This document shows positions 58,746 to 64,000 of a stretch of DNA of 64,000 bases, one piece after another. The translations under genes and the position numbers were made by a program. This stretch comes from an uncultured bacterium (lineage in GTDB: Bacteria > Desulfobacterota_D > UBA1144 > Nemesobacterales > UBA2774), in the NCBI GenBank assembly GCA_963705505.1, contig CAVPJU010000002.1, positions 32,001 through 96,000 of the forward strand. The letters run 5' to 3'. Every line of letters starts with the position of its first letter. The first letter of the stretch is position 1. The notes beneath the pieces are model-generated. The model worked only from the letters and a program-made list of their open reading frames with translations. It was not told the origin of the DNA and made no database searches.

Positions 58746-61071
58746 ATGCCGGATCATGAAACACGAATATTCCGGGGCCTGTTAGACCATATTCCGGATG
58801 GAATCTTTTTAATAGACCCCCAAACTGATGGATTAATTGAAGTTAGCAAAAGCGCGTGTGAACGACTTGGGTACGCCTATGATGAACTTGTTACCATGAC
58901 CGTATTTGATATTGCCAAGGATTGGACACACGAGAAGAAAAAAGAAATTTGGATGAAATGCAGCCGGGGAGATACTTTTCACCTCGAAACGGTCAAAAGA
59001 CGCAAGGATAGTACAGTTATTCCGGTTGTGATACGATTCGGTTTACTCGAATACGGCGGACGGCAGGTTCTGCTCGCTACGGTTCGGGATGTCGCTGAGC
59101 TTCAAGCGGATGAAAGAGGCCTATGAAGCAGTCAAATATAAAAACGAGCTGATTTTGAACGCCGCAGGCGAAGGACTCGCCAGTGCCGACCTCGAAGGGA
59201 ACCTTACATTTGTAAATCCCGCCGGGGCAAAAATGCTCGGCTGGGGAATCAAGGAACTGATCTCAAAATCCGGACACGATACTATTCACCACACGAAACC
59301 TGACGGCAGCCCCTATCCGCTCGAAGAATGCCCCATTTACGCAGCTTTCCAGGACGGGATTGTCCGTTACGCGGATAATGAAGTATTCTGGAGAAAAGAC
59401 GGCTCGCATTTCCCGGTTGAATACACAAGCACTCCGATTCGGGAAGATGGCAAGCTGGTGGGAACGGCGCTGGTTTTCAGGGATATTACCGAGCGAAAAT
59501 CAGTTGAGAAAACACTCAGAGTAACCCTTGATCAGTTGTCCAAAATGAACCGGTACGAGTCGATAATAAGCGCCGTGACCAGAATTGTCCACAAGTCGAT
59601 CGACCTCCAGGAAGTCCTGGAAAACGCCGTCGAAGCATTGAGTAAAAACATAGATAAAGTGAAGCACGTTTCGATTTACCTGGTTGAAGGCGGAGAGGCG
59701 GTAATGAGGTCGTACAGGGGCTACCCCGATTGGTTTGTGGAACGTGTAAGAAGGATCCCCTATCCTAAAGGTTTTATATGGAAGATGATAACCGGCGGGA
59801 AGCCTGTATATTGCGCGGACGTGGATCAGGACACTGCTATCGGCCCATCCGCCAGGGAAGCCGGAATAAAGAGCTATGTGTCCATGCCTATTTATTTCGA
59901 GGGTAAAAGTGTGGGTACTGTGAATATATCTTCCCTTCATAAAAATACCTTCAATAATGAAGAGATACAGTTACTTGAGATTGTTGCGCAGCAAGTAGGA
60001 ACGGCGATTAACAATGCACAGCAGGCAGAGGCGCTGCGAAATGCCCTGAGAGAAGTGGAGCAATTGACGAACAGGCTTCAGGCGGAAAACATTTATCTTC
60101 AGGAAGAGATTAAAACCGAATACAATTTTGAAGAAATTATAGGCCATAGCGCAGCGTTAGAGAAGGTAAAACGCAAGGTGGAACATGTGGCTCCAACAGA
60201 AGCCTCGGTCTTGATTCAGGGCGAGACAGGGACAGGCAAGGAGCTAGTAGCTCGTGCTATTCACAATTTCAGTCTGCGTAAAAATCGGCCGCTGGTTAAA
60301 GTCAACTGTCCTGCCCTGCCTGCAGGGCTTATCGAAAGCGAATTGTTCGGCCATGAGAAGGGAGCTTTTACTGGCGCCGTCTCTCACAAGGTCGGCCGCT
60401 TCGAGCTGGCCAACGGTGGAACAATCTTTCTGGATGAGATTGGGGACCTGCCCCTGGAGCTGCAGGCCAAGCTCCTCAGGGTCCTCCAGGAAGGAGAATT
60501 CGAGCGGGTAGGCGGCTCACGTTCCATCGAGGTCGATGTCAGGGTTATAGCTGCTACGAACCGGGACCTCAGGCAAGCCGTGGAAGAAGGCAAATTCCGT
60601 CCAGACTTCTATTACCGGCTGAATGTCTTCCCGATACTAATTCCGCCGCTTCGGGAGCGAAAGGAGGACATACCGGTGCTTGTCAGACATTTCGCGATAA
60701 AATACGGCACAAAACTGGGGAAGAAGATTGAGACAATCTCTCAAGAAATGATGGATGTACTGCTGGCTTATCCATTGCCTGGAAATGTAAGAGAATTAGA
60801 GAATATAATCGAGAGGGCAGTCATCGTCGCGCATAACTCCATCATTCAGTTTGATGAGTCTCTCGAGGTGCGACTCGATGCCGATTTAGATACTCAAATC
60901 TCAGGCACGCTCGAGGATGTAGAACGGGCTCACATCCTTCGCGTACTTGAAAAGACCAACTGGGTTATTCACGGTAAAAGAGGTGCCGCCTTGGTATTGG
61001 GTATGAATCCACACACCCTCCGCTCTCGGATGAAGAAGCTCGGAATAAGCAGGCCGGGCAACGATAGCTAA
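58746..61071 (+). CDS. Sigma54 enhancer-binding protein (PAS-PAS-GAF-AAA+-Fis HTH, FhlA/NifA-like), frameshift near 59100
   Basis: GETGTGKE, ESELFGHEKGAFTGA, FLDEIG, PGNVREL, C-terminal HTH; upstream PAS ORF 58746-59126 overlaps in another frame. Confidence 0.9.
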
Positions 61072-61115
61072 CTATTAGGGATCGAATCGTGAGGCTGGAA
61101 ACCGCTCTTACTGAC

Positions 61116-61241
61116 ATATTTTAAGACTGGATTCCCGATTCTAAAACTTGTTTCGTCTGATCGCCAGAGTTAATTAACAGGATGCTATGTAAGCAAAGGC
61201 GTCCGATTGCTCTCTTGTTCGCAATCGTGGTCGGGAATGAC
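61116..61241. repeat. REP-like GGATTCCCG...CGGGAATGAC element with insert; contains the right 24-bp island repeat
   Basis: Ends match 30656-30680 and 51793-51824. Confidence 0.7.
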
Positions 61242-61305
61242 AACATTCACCATTAGCCAGAGCCTATGAATAGTTATAATATATTCATTTCTGACGGTGC
61301 ATAAA

Positions 61306-61653
61306 ATGACCATAGACGAATACATGGCGGCAGTCCCCCACGGGAGGCGCGGGAGGATGGAAGGTATCATCGGGAGGATCAGGGCGTGGTTCCCCGAAGC
61401 GCGCATCTCCATGAGGTACAAAATGCCCACTTTCGAGATCGGGAACAACTGGGTCGCTGTAGGAAACCAGAAGTACTACGTCTCCCTCTACACCTGCTCG
61501 GAGGAGCACATCGCCCCTTACGTCGAGAAACATCCCGGCACAAGGTGCGGAAAGGACTGCATTAATTTCAGGGACCGGGACGAGATCGATTTTGAGGATT
61601 TGAAGGAAGTCATTACTCACGCGCTGAGCGGGAGAAAGGAGCAAGGAAATTGA
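61306..61653 (+). CDS. DUF1801 (YdhG-like) protein
   Basis: TIDEY, Y.MPTF, QKYYVSLY, GK.CINF. Confidence 0.88.
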   Translation: MTIDEYMAAVPHGRRGRMEGIIGRIRAWFPEARISMRYKMPTFEIGNNWVAVGNQKYYVSLYTCSEEHIAPYVEKHPGTRCGKDCINFRDRDEIDFEDLKEVITHALSGRKEQGN

Positions 61654-61691
61654 GGGAAATGAACAAGGTAATGTCGCTGTGTTAGATTTTT

Positions 61692-61823
61692 CAAATCCAC
61701 CCTGACCTTATTTTGGATATAGCAACATTGAGCCTGAAGTTAATTTCCTTCAGTGCTATTCAGGATAGGGCGTCCGAATGCTTACTCGCTCGCATTCGTT
61801 CTTTACGAAAGGGGGGAATTGAA
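61692..61823. repeat. REP-like element with internal insert
   Basis: AAATCCACCCTGACC...TTACGAAAGGGGGGAATT, same ends as 35776-35889. Confidence 0.65.
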
Positions 61824-61856
61824 TGAATCTCGGCTTCTGCAAAGGATCATCGTATA

Positions 61857-62129
61857 GTGAACCTCAGAATAGAAATCTGGTCGAAGGATAATATGGAATG
61901 GTCGTTCGAAGGGGACGGCTCGGATGCCCAGTATCAGCAGACCGGACTCAAACTGCGCTCACTGTTCCCTGAAGAGGAAGAGCTCAACCTCGTGCTCGAC
62001 CCGGATAACGTGAGGACTGTCCCGCTCAAAGACGCGGTCGAGGAGATAAAATCTCTCGGCGGCAAACAAAACCTGATGCTTTGCGACAAAAATTATGAGA
62101 AAATGATGATGTTCATATACAGCCGTTGA
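61857..62129 (+). CDS. Hypothetical protein
   Basis: 90-aa ORF, GTG start. Confidence 0.6.
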   Translation: MNLRIEIWSKDNMEWSFEGDGSDAQYQQTGLKLRSLFPEEEELNLVLDPDNVRTVPLKDAVEEIKSLGGKQNLMLCDKNYEKMMMFIYSR

Positions 62130-62137
62130 GGAGCGTC

Positions 62138-62731
62138 ATGAGGAAAGTAAAATGCGGGATGATCTGCCTCTTTTTTATCCTTGCGCTTACCGGTCTGTCG
62201 CTTGCAGCCGGGGAGAAGGAGGGCGCAAAGCAGAACCCCCAGACAAAGACATACAAGAGCAAGCACGGCTTCTCGATAGATTATCCCGATGACTGGAGGC
62301 TCGAGACCTACATGGAGGATTACGAGAGCCTCAGGGCCGCGGAAAAGGACGCCGGGAACTATTTCTCCATAATGAGCTATCAGGAAGACGACCCGCGCAT
62401 AAAGAGCTACCATTACTTCCCCGCGGACACGCTCAAGATAGAGGCGTGGGTGTTCCCGAATTATGGCGGCACGCTCGCCGAGATGATCACGCAGACCAAG
62501 GGCATCACAAAGATCGACAACTTCACGATAGGCGGGAAGAAGGCTAAAAAAGTGTGGCAGAGAGTCGCCGAAGGAGTTGACGAAGGGGACGAAATCTACT
62601 CCATATATTTCGTCGATGCGGGGAAGAAGGCGATCTTCACATGCTACCCGATATACACGAGCCTCACTGGGCAATTCGAGGAGATAGTCGGGAGCTTCAG
62701 GTTCGATCAGGACACACCGAAGCCTAAATAG
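62138..62731 (+). CDS. Secreted PsbP-like protein
   Basis: Signal peptide; TYKSKHGFSIDYPDDW ... FEEIVGSFRF. Confidence 0.75.
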   Translation: MRKVKCGMICLFFILALTGLSLAAGEKEGAKQNPQTKTYKSKHGFSIDYPDDWRLETYMEDYESLRAAEKDAGNYFSIMSYQEDDPRIKSYHYFPADTLKIEAWVFPNYGGTLAEMITQTKGITKIDNFTIGGKKAKKVWQRVAEGVDEGDEIYSIYFVDAGKKAIFTCYPIYTSLTGQFEEIVGSFRFDQDTPKPK

Positions 62732-62795
62732 GGCTCCACCCACGGTCAGAATTCAACCCCAACCTCAGCGTGAATTTATTGCTATAGCGTATGCC

Positions 62796-64000
62796 CTACT
62801 CGAACAACTCGGGGAGCGGCTTGCCCGTGGTGCCGTTCGGGAAAGGTATCCCGATCAGGGCTGAAATAGTGGGCGCGATGTCCGTTATATCGACCGGCCT
62901 CATAGACTCCCCGTGCTTGATATTCCACCCGCAGAAAATAAGCGGGACGTGAGTGTCGTAGCTGTATGGCCCTCCGTGCGTAGTACCCTTCTTCCCGTAC
63001 GTTCACTTGAGAACTCGATCCACGAAGGCTCCATAATCACGGCCAGGTCGCCCTGATCTCTTCGTGTTATAGCCGTTCTCTACAAGACGCCTCGCCCCTA
63101 CAGTGAAATCGGCGCCGTCCAGCTCGGAAGCCGTAACGACGTCGGCGACTCCGTCTATTGTCATCAGATAAGCCGCAGCCTCCCTCTCGACGTCTTCGAG
63201 ACTGAGCTTGAGCTTCCGGGTAATCAGGTCGCGGTCCAGAGTAAACCTGCTGGTTGCTGTAGCTGAGGACGAGCTTATCGTCCCCCGCCCCGAAGACAGT
63301 CCCCAATTGCTTGTTGAGTCTGTCCCTCACCTCGTCATCGTCTATGAAATACCCGGCGGGGACTCCGATGTCCTGCAGATAAAGGGGGACATCGACGACC
63401 CCGTGGTCGGCTGTGAGGAATACGAGATAGTTGTCCTGACCCACGAGCTCATCGAGAGCCTTCAAGAGATCTCCTATGTCCTGATCGAGTCTCAGGTAAG
63501 TGTCCTCCACCTCGATTGACCTCGGCCCGTAGTAATGCCCTATTATATCGGTTGACGAGAAGCTCACAGCCAGGAAATCCGTAACGCTGTCCCTCCCCAG
63601 ACCCTCGCCCTTGATCGCCGCTATAGCGAAATCCTTCGTGATCGAGTTTCCGAAAGGCGTTACCTTGATGAGCCTCCCGTACTGCCCTTTTATCTCTTCC
63701 TTGTTTTCGGCCAGCACGTCTTTAAAAACATAGGGGAAAACGGGTTTCCTGTACTCGCCCGTCTTTTCGTCTTTTCCCCTCATCGATTTCTCGTAGACGT
63801 TGTCGTCAGGCAGGCTCTCGCCATACTCGGAAAGTTGTTTAAGAGTCTTCCATTCCCCGTCTATGCCGGGCTTGCTCAAATATTTCTCGGCGGGATATTC
63901 TTTGTTGAAATCTCTCACCCACCCGGGGAGCCCGGGCCTGGCACCGTCCTTACTATCGCGGTAATAATAGGAGCTGGTGATCCACTCTCCGGTCTCGTCG
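62796..64000 (-). CDS. Alkaline phosphatase family protein (PafA-like), partial, several frameshifts
   Basis: TPFGN, DFLAVSFSSTDIIGH.YGP.S.E..DTYLRLD, LTADHG; C-terminal TTHG.PY.YDTHVPL in shifted frames; runs off the window end. Confidence 0.88.

Larger units (their letters stand above)
51782..61139. mobile_element. Putative ~9.3-kb genomic island bounded by a 24-bp direct repeat
   Basis: ATATTTTAAGACTGGATTCCCGAT at 51782-51805 and 61116-61139; interior codon usage differs from the flanks by eye. Confidence 0.6.

Overview
A 64-kb bacterial chromosomal window of moderately high GC. The IPTL-type C-terminal sorting signals, the lipoprotein style and the intergenic repeats suggest a Desulfobacterota/Ca. 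Dadabacteria-like genome (inference only). There is no rRNA, complete tRNA, CRISPR array or intact transposase. The main candidate system is a light-response locus at 17.6-28.3 kb. It has a leaderless, apparently autoregulated B12-dependent CarH/LitR photoreceptor whose 11-bp-spaced TnnACA operator repeats overlap both divergent promoters. Downstream are a non-ECF (RpoD/RpoS-like) sigma factor, a photolyase/cryptochrome with Asp at the FAD-N5 position (the plant-cryptochrome residue), an unknown ORF, and a ybgA-like DUF523/DUF1722 gene split by a 4.4-kb insertion bounded by ATACTC. Other notable items: a ~9.3-kb island bounded by an exact 24-bp direct repeat inside REP-like elements, encoding a sigma54 activator, an ECF sigma and detoxification genes; an IPTL-CTERM gene bracketed by two identical 76-bp copies of its sorting-signal tail; mosaic palindromic intergenic repeats; a Fur-boxed imelysin/di-haem operon; a heavy-metal two-component system with its operator; and a candidate ~85-nt sRNA. 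About eight genes carry 1-nt-type frameshifts, probably assembly errors.
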